A stretch of 64,000 nt of DNA from Azolla caroliniana. Its lineage: Eukaryota; Plantae; Polypodiophyta. Of this stretch, positions 1-14,170 are shown one piece after another. Position numbers and translations under genes: made by a program. The stretch spans positions 2,294,001 to 2,358,000 of the forward strand of contig JBHGNT010000007.1 of the NCBI GenBank assembly GCA_043228905.1, given 5' to 3'. How positions within the stretch are numbered: position 1 is the stretch's first letter; each line of letters opens with the position of its first letter. A model generated the notes under the pieces. The model did no database searches. It saw nothing but the letters and a program-made list of their open reading frames with translations, and had not been told where the DNA came from.

Positions 1-2524
1 CTCTGCCTCTCTAGAGTTCCTTCACTTCAATGGATTTGTGGGTGATCAATGCAGACTTGAAAAGATGAGATGAGAATCCATGGAATGCAGGTGTGTTTAA
101 TAATGGGGGAGGCTTACCTTCAGCAAAAATATCTTCTGATTGATGAATTTCTGAGATCTAGACTTGTGCCACGGACTATTGAAACAGAGGAAGGAAAAGG
201 AGAAGAAGATGGTGATGGTGATGGTGGTGGCCATGGCCATGGAATTCGCCCACAACCTTGCACGTTCATTCATGTGAACAAGCTGGGACCACATGGACTT
301 TGCTTAGTTACTAGTGACAATGGACATGAGAATTTGGACACCCATTCATCGCGGCCATCCAACAACACTTGACAAAAAGATTACTTACTCCTGCTACTTT
401 TAACTGAGACACAGGTGCCCAAATATATATCCACAGAGCCCCCATAATCCATCCCCATTGCACTATACTACTACTGAAAACATTCTTTGAACTCGATCCA
501 CAACCCAAAGGCGAATGTATTCATTGCAAATGTTGCTTAAGACAAACATACCCCTCCTAATGCATCATGCCCCCTCCATTAGAGAAAGAACAATGGAGTC
601 ACATGTTGATTATTACTTGAACTACATAGATTGAGGATATGTGGACACATTGTCATACTTAGGCTTGATTCTCATCTGACAATAAACATTCAATGCACGT
701 CTAAAGACAATGCAATTATCACATTAGGATTGCAAATGCTCCCCTCATTGGAAAGCAACTAATACTTAAAAACATATTTGCACATTGAAAAGTGAGTGAC
801 ACTAAACAATGTTTTCTTCATGCTATCATGAATTCAATGACATAGCTTGGAATATCACTAAGTTTCTTTGGTTATCATTCTCGGTTAAACAATGGGCAAT
901 GGGCATATATTGGAAATATACTCCTAGGAAGATTTAGCAAACTTTGAGACTCCTTACTTCTTTAAACAATACCTTTTTCATTGAGTTTGCAGTTTTAGCA
1001 ATATAAAAATAAAAGTTTACAACATGATCCAAGCAAAATTCAATGTTCAAATCCATCATGTTCATTAATGGATTCTTTTTATTTGAAGTTGTTCTTGCAA
1101 TAATATACATGTAAATAATGAGAGTAAAAGGCAAAGGTAAAAGCTACAGTAATATGTATTGATAGTGAATGAAATATGATGGAGACTCACTTCTATAAAT
1201 CCCTTTGTTTGGAGGTACGAGAGTCTTCCCCCCACCCTTTCTGAAAGCTGGGATGGAAAGAGCACTTTAAGACCCTAATCTACTAACATTAAAGTGAGTC
1301 ATCTTGCCTCTAGATAACAATTAGATGGACCTCACTATGGATAATTTGGTTATTTCACCATTATATACCTCTTCTTCATGCGTAGTGTAATGATATCATC
1401 AAACTTTATTGCAAATAAATCTTGGTTTGTCAAGGTCATGATGTATGGCACGTTGCTTAGACTTGCTTAGTAACGGTAGAGAGTTCTCGATGCAACTTGT
1501 CATTCCCATTCTTTGTTTTGAGGGATAGTATTTATTTTGGGGGATCACGTTGGGTGGCTTGCTTGCCATTGGTCAATTCATCAAGCACAGGCTTATGCAA
1601 TGCTTAATTGCAAGAGTGGATTAAATTCCTAACTTGGATTTTGATTAGTGATATGCAATGATCCTATCTGAGGCTAGCTACGAGAGGGAGTGATATTAAG
1701 CCTTGTTCAAGCACATGCTTTTCTAAAATGAACGTAGCCGCTTCAAATAAATCAATTGTTGTAGTCCAAAACATGATCAAACCAATGTTATAATGATCGT
1801 GTCCCGATGGGGGGATCATGTCATGTTGATAATAAATTGCCATTGCGCTTTCATGAGTTGACTTCTTTTTTTCTTTCTTTTTTTGCATATTAGGGAATGT
1901 GATATAATTGGCAACTCTAGATCGCTTCTTATTTCATGGACAAAGTAGAGTGCTCTATCTTGTTCACCAATTTAGCAAATTGAGGCACTCTTTTATGCAC
2001 GTTCTTTATACCCCCCAACAAAGTGGGATTGTTTCAAATGGTGTTTTGGAGTACTTTTAAAGTCCAGACACTTTAGGAGGTGAATCCTGGACAAGGAAAG
2101 GTATATCATATTTTTGTATGGTAGTGTAGTGTAGTATTATAATAAGTGAGACCTTTTACTCTCAGAACCACTATGGTTCTGGCTTTTTTGCAGTGCCAGA
2201 ATGGTGCTAATTTAATACAGGGAGATGCCAACTTCCATATATTCTCAATTGACATACTACGAGTCATTTCTCATGGAGAGAGTTCATACTTCGCGACATA
2301 TACTGCTTGTATATAGAAGAATCATCTCTCCCATTCTTTAGTTGTCCAGCTCACCGATTTGCACTACACATATATATTATGTATTGCAAGATTCCACTCT
2401 GTTTTATAATTACTATCTTATGGCATTAAATAATTCACGACTCAGTTCAATTGATTCGTACTGCGCACGCAACAGAATTATATTGGTATGGTCAAATTTT
2501 TGTGATCACATTTTGGATGGTGGA

Positions 2525-2665
2525 GGCCCATATCTGTAATTTCAGAGGAATTAGAGGCCTAATTCTGGGTTTCCCTAACACACTATTCACAACCCGCGAA
2601 GAATTAAGCTCCTAGTTTAGGGTTTCCCAAAATCCTCCTCTGTGTGGCAGAATTAGGGTTTCGTC
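2525..2665 (+). promoter_or_regulatory. Site II (GGCCCA) and telo-box (TAGGGTTT) motifs upstream of the AsnRS gene
   Basis: ggccca at ~2526 and tagggttt at ~2618 and ~2654. This motif pairing is typical of plant translation-machinery gene promoters. A probable 5'UTR intron spans 2729-3096 (GT..AG). Confidence 0.5.
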
Positions 2666-3109
2666 TGGGAAACAGAGCCCCTCCATCCCCCCCTCTGTTG
2701 CTGAAATAAGACAACACAAACAGCAGAGGTATGAATCCTGAATCATTTTTTTGCAGAATTTAATCTCTCTGTCTCCTTCTTCCTCCTTTACACTTCATCT
2801 CTGCAAATGATTTGTTATTTAATCCCATGTACGCATCTGCAACAGAATCTTTTATTTTTTCTTCCAAGAATTTTTTGGTATCCATTTGCGAAGATTGTGC
2901 AAAGAAAATCTTTATTTTCTACTGCAAAGAAGTTTCCGAAAGAATCCTTCATTTTCTGCAAAAGAATCTTAAAAATCTGCTCAATTAATCTCTTTTTTAT
3001 TGTGCGAAAAATCTTTCACTTTGTATATGAAGAAGCTGCAAAAAATCTCTCATTTCTGCAATGGTTTATTTCATTAGTTGTTTTTTATGTTGATAGGTTT
3101 TTTACGGCA

Positions 3110-3493
3110 ATGGGAGATGATCATAGTGTCGTTTTTCCATCTTCATCCTCTTCTGTGGAGAAGGCAAAATATTCAAAGAGAGTAATCATCAAATCTATTC
3201 TAGAGCGTGAGGATGGAGGACTTGGTCTTGTGGGTCAAGTCTTGGTCATTGGAGGATGGGTCAAGACAGGGCGTGAGCAAGGGAAAGGAAGCTTTGCTTT
3301 TCTGGAGGTCAATGATGGATCCTGCATTGCAAATCTGCAGGTGAGATCTTTTTTCTTGTGAATGATCATCAGAATCATCATGTATGGTGTAAAGTCCCAT
3401 GAATTTTCTGAGTCAATGATGGGTCATCATCATCATTGTTATTGTCATCGTATATGGTGTTAAGTTGCAGTAATTTGTTGAATCAATGATGGG

Positions 3494-3524
<31 letters not shown>

Positions 3525-6500
3525 ATATAATAATGTGTTCCATCAATTTGTTGAGCGAATGATGGATCATCAGCTATGGCATTAAGCTTCATTAATTTGT
3601 TGAACCAGTAAGGAATCACCGTCATCTTTAGTGTGAAATTACATAAGTTTGTTGATCAGAAATGAAGTTTTCACTTTGATCTACACACATGATTCAGCTT
3701 TGATATAATTTTTAGGTAAATTATGGATTTCTCTTTGCTTGCTTCAGCTTCTTTCTATTAAAGCTTCGTCATTATAGTGCAAAATCCATGAACTGTCTGT
3801 TTCAAACAAGATATGAGGTTATTTTGAATGCATATTTCTATGGAGCTTCTAGAAAAAGGGAAATCTTTTAAGTCAATTTGTGATCCTACTTCACCAATTG
3901 TTAGGATATTGGATCCTCCTTTCTGAAATGTGTTTTGAGTCGCTAATCTTCAGGTTAATAATATATTCTTCTCTTGAAGATTCATCATCATCTATGGTGT
4001 TGTTGTATTTCATGCATTTTACATTGTCCGAAATGAAAAGTCTCAACTGTGAATATGCCAAAAGTACCAACATTTTGTGCATGAATCAGAAACAGTTTAT
4101 TAAATGCCCAATGACGTGTCTTTTCCTATGTTCTCCTAAGGCTTCTTGGAAGAGCTTTTCTAGTTGGTAAACACATAAAATGAATCGAGATAAAATAATG
4201 CAATGCGTTATGCAGGTTATAGTTGATGCAACTACTGCCTCCCTTCAGCAACTTACCCCAACGGGAACAAGCGTTCTTGTTGAAGGTGAGCTTAAAAAGC
4301 CACCTGAAGGAACAAAGCAAAAGGTGGAATTCAAGGTTTCCAAGATTTTGGAAATAGGACCTTGCCATCCTTCGACATATCCAATTGCGAAAACTAAACT
4401 CCCATTAGAGTATCTCCGCAATCATTTGCATTTGCGTTCCCGAACAAACACAGTAAGTCTATGTGTAGAAATATATTCCTCATACAAAGCTTCCAAGCTA
4501 ATCATTGTTTGTAATGTCATTTATCTTCATGATATCCAGATAGCTGCAGTTGCAAGAATTCGAAATGCCCTTGCCTATGCAATCCATACATTTTTCCAAC
4601 GTAACGACTTTTTATATGTGCACACACCAATAATAACTACAAGCGACTGCGAAGGTGCAGGGGAGATGTTTCAGGTGACAACATTGTTTGGTGAGGCAGA
4701 GAGAAGAGATAAGGAAGCAAAGGCCAATCCTCCACCGTCAGATACTGAGCTTGAATCAGCCAAGAATGATGTTTCCTCTAAAGGAGAGGCTGTAAAGGAA
4801 GCGAAGAATGCTGGTGACAAGGATGCTTTAACCATATGTCTACAAGAGCTCAATCAAGCAAAAGCGCTGTTGGCACAACTAGAAGCTAGAGCAAAGTTTA
4901 AACCTGGCATGCCAAAGAAGGATGATGGGTCTATTGATTATTCAGCTGATTTTTTCGCTAGACAAGCTTTTTTGACAGTCTCTGGGCAACTTCAGGTGGA
5001 AACTTATGCATGTGGACTTAGCAATGTTTACACATTTGGGCCTACATTCAGGGCAGAGAATTCTCATACAACTCGACATTTAGCAGAGTTTTGGATGGTA
5101 GAACCTGAAATTGCTTTTGCTGATCTTGAGGTGAAATAAAAGGATCTTTTGGTTCTTTTAAATTTCTTTTTAAGCTTGAGGTGGATACTTTGAAAGCTTG
5201 AGTTAGAACCATTTGTATGTTGATTGATCTGGTACTCTTTCAGGATGATATGAATTGTGCAGAGGACTGTATAAAGTTCTTATGTACTTGGCTGCTTGAG
5301 AACTGTGCTGCTGACATGGAATTCATGTCCAAAACATTTGATAAAACAGCCATTGACCGACTTCGTCTTGTAGCTACAACCCCATTTGCAAGGATCACGT
5401 ACACCGAGGCAATAGAAATATTGGAAAAGGTTCAATATCAAATATCACTTTTTCTTTCTATTATTTCATGAAATAGGGGGGACAATGTTTAGAAGTTTTG
5501 ATCCACCAACAGGTGACAGATAAAACATTCGACAATGAAGTTAAGTGGGGTATAGACTTGGCATCTGAACATGAAAGGTACTGTACACGTACCCCTGTGC
5601 TATATCACATGCATTTTAGATAATTAATACAAATATTTCTGGTTACTGAAGGAAAATCCATGTTACCCTTATTATATTGATAGGTTTTCTTTTCATTTGT
5701 GGTTGTTCTTGATGCACTGCATATGAAAACTATAATAATACTATAGGTTAAGCACATTTAATCCAATATGTTTTAGAGCTCCAGAATTTTTAACTTGATT
5801 GCTTCAGATGGTCTTGATGACTAGATAATAAGAATCATCTTCTTGCAGATATTTGACTGAAGAGGTATATAAAAAACCTGTGATAGTATACAATTATCCC
5901 AAGGATATTAAAGCTTTCTACATGCGCCTTAATGATGATGGAAAAACAGTTGCTGCTATGGATGTGCTCGTGCCCAAGGTATGTACTCTAACCATAGAAG
6001 GTAGGTCACAAGTCTAGTTTTTGTTGCGTATTTAACTATAGAATGATCATTCAGTAAATGACATCTAGGAGAGTGTATTTAAAATGAATCCTGAATCACA
6101 TAGAACCATTTCATATGACACAAGTTGGGTTTAGTTGCTGGATATTGTGAGTCCCAAGTGCTCAATGGTAGTACATTTAAAGCTTTGCGATGGTTTTGGT
6201 TAGAGAAGTGGATTGATTTTAAGTGTTGAATCTCTTGGATATCACTTTATTTGAAGTGAACTGAACTTTCATGATGATTTAGGTTAGACAAGACATCCCT
6301 GGTGTTTTATGAGGATTTGACGATGCATCCAAGAGTTATGTAATGATTCTAAGGATTATATCCTTGGGCCTCAAATGATTAGTAACTTAACTCATATTGT
6401 CTTGGTTTGTCAAAAGGTTGGTGAATTAGTAGGGGGAAGTCAGAGAGAGGATCGTGTCGAAGTCTTGGAAAGGAGGTAAATGAAAAGCAGTGTTTGTGTT

Positions 6501-6752
6501 TTAAGATTTGTACCTCTAGCAATTGTTCAATACTAACATTTGCAATATAAAATATTCTTCTTTGCAAGATTGGGCGAGATGGGATTACCATTAGAACCTT
6601 ATGATTGGTATCTAGATTTACGCAATTATGGATCGGTTAAACATGCTGGATTTGGACTTGGCTTTGAGAGAATGATCCTCTTTGCCACGGGACTAGAGAA
6701 CATCCGTGATAGCATTCCATTCCCTCGTTATCCTGGCAAAGCGGATTTCTAG
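3110..6752 (+). CDS. Asparagine--tRNA ligase, cytosolic type (SYNC1-like), 8 coding exons
   Basis: Exons with GT-AG boundaries: 3110-3340, 4216-4452, 4540-5130, 5244-5429, 5513-5577, 5849-5978, 6417-6475, 6569-6752. Motifs: OB-fold [45 protein letters not shown], a WHEP-like helical insert, [44 protein letters not shown] and IPFPRYPG. Confidence 0.96.
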
Positions 6753-7340
6753 TTCTAAGACTAAGATTACAGCTACATCAGCAAGGCAGAAGGTAGCACA
6801 AAATTCTTGTGTAATTTATGTATCATTGAAAGATCTCCTTTCAGATATTAAGCCAATTTTCTTTTGTAATTTTATGTATCATTGAAAGAGCTCCTACATA
6901 TATTGAATTTCATTGAAAGAGGTTGAATTCATCTGAATCCTTGTGCAACACCGTCAAATACACATATAAGACTTTGACATTCTAAGTTTGTCTCCTCATC
7001 TCCTTTTCTGAAGCTTTATTTACTAAATATTTTTGTGGTTGAGAATGTTAGAGAACAGCCTTCAAGAACTTATAATTGATAAATGATCAGCTTTGTATAC
7101 ATCTTTTCTGATTGCTGCTTGTTTTATGAACTTCCATTTGCAACATGAACTTGGTTCCTTTCTATGAGCTATCTTATATCTAAGAGATGCTGTTGAAACT
7201 GAGGTAAGGTTTAAATGACGTGATATTGAGAAGCCAAATTGTGTCTTCAGGATGGATGGTTTAGGCTTTTTTTTGTCTGTTGATTCTTTAACTAGTGGAA
7301 ATAAAAGATTTGAGGTTGAAGCATCAAGTCCATGAAGGAT

Positions 7341-7835
7341 TATAAACTCTTTCCGTTAGGGTATTAGAAATTGCTTTGGTTCCTTTGAATGGCTATCAAC
7401 CAAGGGTTCCCATATTTCGTATTTTTGTTCGTTCATGATCATGAATTGACCTGTCATTCCAAGCAATTGGTCAATAAAATCATCCGTTTTTGAAATATGG
7501 TATAATTATAAACTCTTTTCGTTAGGGTATTAGAAATTGCTTTGGCTCCTTCGAATGGCTATCAACAAAGGGTTCCTGTATATCGTATTTTTGTTTGTTC
7601 ATGATCATGAATTGACCTGTCATACCAAGAAATTGGTTAACAAAATCACCGGTTTTTGAAATATGGTATAATTATAAAATCTTTTCGTTAGGGTATTAGA
7701 AATTGCTTTGGCTCCTTCAAATAGCTATCAATAAAGGGTTCCTGTATATCGTATTTTTGTTTGTTCATGATCATGAATTGACCTGTCGTACCAACCAATT
7801 GGTCAACCAAATCACCCGTTTTTGAAATATGGTTG
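7341..7835. repeat. Tandem repeat, ~3 x ~168 bp
   Basis: The unit 'ctttt(c)cgttagggtattagaaattgctttgg...ttttgaaatatgg' recurs at ~7348, ~7515 and ~7681 with high identity. Confidence 0.9.
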
Positions 7836-8092
7836 TATCTCCAATCATTTTTGCTCTTCATGATCATGAAATGGCCATGGTAATTGAGTAAGTAGATTTA
7901 GTTGTTTCTCAATCTTCTACATTGTTTGCAAAAAACCTCAAATCTATACTTCCTCTTTTCACATATCCATGTGTTCCATATGCTTTAGCAATGTCCCTTT
8001 TAATCCATTTATCTTTCTAATATGTAGATAGGTATATTATGGTGAACAAAGCAAATAACACGGCACCCATTGCTTTCCCATCATCTTTGAAT

Positions 8093-8562
8093 GGGGTTGG
8101 TTTAGCACTTAGTGAAAGAGTGTTTGTTGTATGAAACTTGTTCATAATATGAAACCTTCCTCTATGCATGTCCTAAAGAGGTCTAGCGTGGCATCATGAA
8201 TCTGAATTGTCACAAACATGATAATCTGTATTTTATTTTAATTGAAAGTGGGGTTGGCTTAGCACTTAGTGAAAGAGTGTTTGTTGTATGAAACTTGTTC
8301 ATAATATGAAACCTTCCTCTATGCATGTCCTAAAGAGGTCTAGCGTGACATCATGAATCTGAATTGTCACAAACATGATAATCTGTATTTTATTTTAATT
8401 GAAAGTGGGGTTGGCTTAGCACTTAGTGAAAGAGTGTTTGTTGTATGAAACTTGTTCATAATATGAAACCTTCCTCTATGCATGTCCTAAAAAGGTCTAG
8501 CGTGACATCATGAATCTGAATTGTCACAAACATGATAATCTGTATTTTATCTTAATTGAAAG
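8093..8562. repeat. Tandem repeat, 3 x ~157 bp, near-identical
   Basis: The unit 'ggggttgg(t/c)ttagcacttagtgaaagagtg...taattgaaag' starts at ~8093, ~8249 and ~8407. Confidence 0.93.
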
Positions 8563-11500
8563 CTAAGTTAAGATTCTTCAAAATAGAAATCCCTCATCAC
8601 TTCTATTTTGAAAATCTATATGTTGAGTTGGTTTCTATCATAATAGTAATATGTAGGGAGCCGTTTACACACTATCCATGTGCAAAATATTGCATCTACT
8701 TGTTCTTTTATTGGGTTTGGAAATATGAGTTGTATTAAAAGGCGAGATCAAGTTATAGTGCACTCAATGTCATCCTTTATTACAGTAGATACATAATTAA
8801 TCCCTACCCGAATCATAGATAAAGAAAGGGTACTAGATGCATGAGAATGTGAAATTGACATTAACTACTACAATATGCAACAATGGCACATAGTAGGTAA
8901 TGTATGCCCCTTTTCCCATGTTTGCATGATGCATCTAATCATGGGAAATTATTTTGAAATTTGAAATCAAATATTCTTTCCATGATGTAATTGTGCTCTA
9001 GCGCACATGGTGTCGCATCGTGAACTTCTCACCTTTGACACTAAAAGACAAAAGAAGTATGGTTATAAGAGCATACATACGCTTTCACGTTTGATTCTAG
9101 AGAGGGAGGAAATTCTCAAAAGAAGAGAAAAGGCATAAAATAAGAGAAAATGAAAGAAACTTGCTAAAATATAATCCAAATTTGAAAGTAGATAAGATAA
9201 CGAGGGTTTGTGGTTAATTAAGGGAGTTCACAACAAAATGCGATGGGACATGTAACATTTGACGTTCAATCTTTATGTAGATATATATATTACGTAACAC
9301 CATTATTGAAGGATGACTAACTAATCATATTTAGGAAGTTTGTGCAATTGATATGATAAGTGTCAATTTTCTTATCGCGGGTACATATATAAGTCCAAAC
9401 CTACAATAGATTGCTCATATCTTATGTACAAGTCAAACCCACACCAAATGAGAATTGATCACCTTTGCAATTGTTAATAGTAACACAATCCAAGATATGT
9501 TAGGCTCATCTTGTATAATTCATGTTAGGATCTTTGATTAGGTTTGACACTCCCCCATCATCACCTTGGGGTACTGAAAATCCTATTATTGATTGACCAT
9601 GTGGATGTTACTCTATTACACCAATTTGATTATCCTATAACATAGTAAATGAACACTCGATGTTATGTCTATGTTGTATTATGGCACCATGCATGCCCAT
9701 AGGCACTTGCATACTCACACCAACATGAAAAAAAATCTTTTAAGACTTTAAATGAGGAACCTCATTGCAACCATTCTAGGATTTGAATCTTGACATCATC
9801 ACTAACCAAATATCACACAATGACTTTTGTTTAGGTAGAAAGAACGCAAAGGCATTAAATATATCTCCATTCCATAACGATTGTGGATTGACATCTTACC
9901 ACATGGGTGTATGTGGAACCACCAATCGAAACATGAAAGGGGTATTCTAGTAGCTCTTTGACGTCAAAGTCACATCATATGACAAGGCTGGTAGAGTGTC
10001 TCAATTGAAGCAATAAGTTGTCTTCTTGAATCCACTTCATCTTGGGATTTTGAAAAGGACTGAGGAACTAGTGCATTTAAATAAGCTACTCGATGCAATA
10101 TACTTATTTTTTTCAAGGTATTCTTATTCACCCATGTATATCAAAGTATTTATTATTTAATGCAAGGAAAACGACAAGGGACATATTTAACATTTCATTG
10201 GTTTGTTTATGAGGATTTGGTCTGGGGTAATTAAGTCATATTGTTGTTATACATATTTCCTTCCATTATGTTACCATTTTCAAAATGAGCGTCAACCAAA
10301 TGTAGAACACTTTCAAATATAGTACATATCTCATCCAAAGCACAAATTCTAGGTAGAAGAGAAGGTTTTAAATGTTTTTGGAGCAACCTGTCGAGTTACA
10401 TTTGTTGAATAAGTTTGGGATATTACAATATCAATGTAAACATGAACAAATGGAAGGCATGTCCATTCTACTAGTCAATGTGAAGATATTGCATGTGTAC
10501 AGTCAAGATGATTACAAGATATACATGATTGCACCGTGGCATATAGGATTTTACATTCATGTGCTTTACAAAGATTCTACTAAGAATGCCCTTGTCACAA
10601 ACAATGGGGATACTCATGTCATAAACAATGCGATGTCCCTTGACCTAGGAAACAAGTTTCGCACATGGCATGTCACCATGATGTCAAGTGTGGCATCATG
10701 ACATTGAATTTTGTTCATTCATATTCCATGTAGAGATATGGTATCATGGACAAAGTAGAGACTTATAATAAATCAAATAAATGTTGCACATGTTGATGTT
10801 ATGTTGTTGGGTGATGATATCATGACCTAGATTTATCCATAGAGAAACCTAATCTTTAATATTGAAGATACTAATAAAAACTTTTGCTCAAGATTTTGGG
10901 CAAAAAACGATCGTAATAACCAAGAGTAATAACTACATGCAACAATCATTTTCATTGCAAATGTCTTATTAATGGCCACATTGATTGTGGTGACTATTTT
11001 AATAGTTTGTTAGAGGTTTTATAACTGTAAAGATTTTCAATTTGTACACTACAGACCTACAAATTAGTGCTCATAATCAAAAGCTTGTGAGAGTATAAAA
11101 AGTGGTAACTTGAATGAATTGATCATTGACATATATCATCAAGAGAAGAGAATTCAATAGTAACTTAATTATATTTAATTTTACTTTAAGCATGTTTGTA
11201 TATATTGTCTATATAAAGTTTTGAAAGTATCAATAATATCATTGAACTATTAACAATTCTAAAGATGTCCATAAGTTGAGTAGAGTTTGTTCACTACAAG
11301 CAGGCTTCATAGGGTTATAATCCTTCATTTAATCCACATTCTGGCAACACATCGGGTAATCTTAGCAAGTTCACAAGCTATAAGAAGGCATTTACACATT
11401 GCCACTACAAAACCACTTGAAATATAAGAAAACGCGCCGAAAAAGTTGCTCTTCTAACTTTTAAAGTTTTGAGCCCACAAGTTCCAAGTACATATATCAA

Positions 11501-12287
11501 GATGATTGTTGTTGGCAAAGTAGCAAAGATACAAAGTTGGCTAGAAAAAGGCTGATTTTTAGCTAACCTATAATTAGTCTCCTTTTTGTCGAAAAGGGGA
11601 CCAAAAGATGCAACACGAATGGCAATGAGTTTGAGAAAGAGGAAGAAGATTGTATTGTAAGTTCTAACACTCTTGGGAGGAACTAACTTTGAAAACTTAA
11701 GTAGCATATATATGAAAATGCCATAAATTTTTAGACAATTTGTTATGATACATTTAAGAACCCTAATGATATCATTGGCATACATTATTATAACACTAGA
11801 ATAAGCATAACAAAGCAAAATGTAAAGAAACTTAAGTTTCCAGTTGAATAAGAATAGAATAAAATTTCATAAATTGCAATCTATTTCCTACTAGAGGCCA
11901 CATTCTCCTCGCTAGCTTCAAACAAATTGTCCCTAACATGTTCTCTTTGCTACAATTCACAATTCTCCTTAGATCTTAAATGTAAAATCCAACTTAAGCT
12001 TCTAGTACATGAGCATTACCCTAAACAAGGTAAGCCATATATTGATCACGATCACTGCATCTACATTCTCTAATCACTACTTGACACATAGACCCTAGTT
12101 GTCATCATCGTTGCTTCGACATCACTATTGTGATGTTAGTCCGTTGATCGATCAACACCTTTTTCTACACTTTTTTCATTATCTGATCAATAATGGAGCC
12201 ATAAAGTAATGTCATGTACATTGTCGTCGCTATTAATGCTGTTGCTGACATTCAAGTCCAAGGCTCCTTTTGGTGTGCATCAATGAT

Positions 12288-14170
12288 TTAGGCTAGAGGG
12301 TTCATATTAGAGATTGGGACCCCTTTTTGTCTCCTCATTTCAACAACTTTTCTATGAGAATTGGAGTGGACGGTCTCAATGAATGTGGGGCTTGACGCAG
12401 GTCGGTACTCGGGGCATAACCTTCCTGACTTATATCGGACCCCGCATGCGTTGCACAATGTTTTCGGACCCAAAGGGCCAGCCCTCCATTGGGGTGTCTT
12501 CTGGGTGGCACAGTGGAGACACTTACGGGCCGCAATTGCTTGACCAAGATCACTACGATGAGTAGACGAGTCATTCTCCTCGTGCAACACTTTGGGCGAT
12601 TTCTTGGGCCTAATGATGCGAGGGTCCACATGAGGCAAAGTGTGGAAAGGCCTAGTGTCCAACTTCTTAGGCTTCTTTCCTTTGTGGACAGTGGAATTAG
12701 TAGTAGGAGCTTTCTTGGGCCACAACTTGTCATCATCATCATCATCATCATTATCATCATAATCCTCGTCCTCATCATTTGTGTCACACCCATCTTGATC
12801 ATAAGAGAACACATTGGGAGAGTCACGATGGTGGGGGTGATCATTTGATGTGGCGGAGGAGGAGTTGGGGCTCTCTAAGATGCTCTCGGAAGCTTCCGGA
12901 CACAAGATCCGAGTGTTCCAGAAGCAGACCGCGGCCGCCGGGTCGGCATTGTCGGGCCCAGTGGCATTCGGCCGGCGCCGCTTGCTCCGAGCCGCCCGGC
13001 CGCCCAAAGGTACATTCTCCAAGCGGACAAAAGCCGGTGAGCCGGGCTGTGCCAATCTCGGGTCCTTGAATACGCATGCTGCCGGAGGAGCATCGGTGGG
13101 AGGGGTAGTGTGTTCCAAGACAGAGATAGGGCTAGTGCTTTGAAATGATGGGTCATAATTGTAATGAATAGCAATGCCACGATCATGTTGATGATTAGTA
13201 ATAGCATTGGCATTAATATTAGTGATAATTGTATTGGTATTAGCATTGGCATTGGCATTAGTATTAGTATTAGTGTTAGTATTAGTATTAGTATAAGTAT
13301 TAGTATTAGTATTTTGATGATGATGCCCACAAGAAGAAAAGGATTCCTCTACAAAGTTGGACAGCCATTCAAGCTCAGCCATGTCTTCACACTACATGAT
13401 TAAGAAAAACAGAGAGGCATTCAGCAATATAGCTACCATAAATTTAACATGGGTTTACCATAGAATCGAGAAATTTAATCGTTAAAAAACCGCAAAATTC
13501 ATACTAATCCAATCAATTAATTTCTCAAAAAAATCATTACCGGGACGCAAAGCTCATCGACCCCGCTGCCACCACCACCCATACCGATACCGACTCCCAT
13601 GGTTTGATGATGATTGTTGAAGGGATGTTTGTCCGAGATAAGTGAAGAGACACTAGGATTGATAATATAATCGGCATTAATGGAGTCACTAATGATGGGA
13701 GGGTTAATGCTAGAGCTAGAGCTAGTAGGACTAGTGCGAGGGTTAGGAAGCTTATTTGTAGTAGTAGTAGAGGTAGAGTTATGGGTGCTAGCACAAGTAT
13801 TAATGTGGGTGTAACTAGGATTTGTGAAATTAGTGGTAGTGGTCAATATGTTGTGGCATGTGGGATCATTAGTTATGCTCGAGCATGTATCCATCACATT
13901 GACATCTAATTCGATATTGGCCGAGAAATCGAGGAGGTCGTCGATTGCTAGGTCGAACATGACGTCTCCACCATGGGTTGTGCCACCCATATCTATTATG
14001 AGCTCATTCCCGTCCGATATTGTGGCCGAGGGGCTTGGAGCACGGCTAGCCACGGGAAGCCGGTGAGGCGAGGAATGAGAGGAGGTTAAGGTATTGGTGG
14101 GTGTGATGAATGAGTGAGTGTTAAGGTGGATGAAGAGAGAGGAGGTGTCAATGTGATGAAATTTGTCCAT
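12288..14170 (-). CDS. GATA zinc-finger transcription factor, subfamily A/I (GATA2/4/9/12-like), 2 exons
   Basis: Exons 14170-13541 and 13391-12288. Splicing gives the conserved ELCVP|[19 protein letters not shown]. Also present: IDDLLDFS, the RSKR motif and the finger [60 protein letters not shown]. The start could alternatively be the ATG at ~13990. Confidence 0.93.

Noticed and set aside
1-1300. ORF 70-372 with a Gly-rich stretch and a degenerate zinc-knuckle-like sequence; possible copia remnant
   Set aside because: Too decayed: no intact CCHC, integrase or RT motif, and no definable LTR pair.
2807-3109. In-frame upstream extension of the AsnRS ORF (possible organelle-targeting peptide)
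   Set aside because: It lies within a T-rich probable 5'UTR intron (GT 2729, AG 3096) and its composition is intron-like.
12335-13403. Multiple overlapping ORFs with poly-M/I/L runs
   Set aside because: They are alternative-frame or antisense shadows of the GATA exon's microsatellites.
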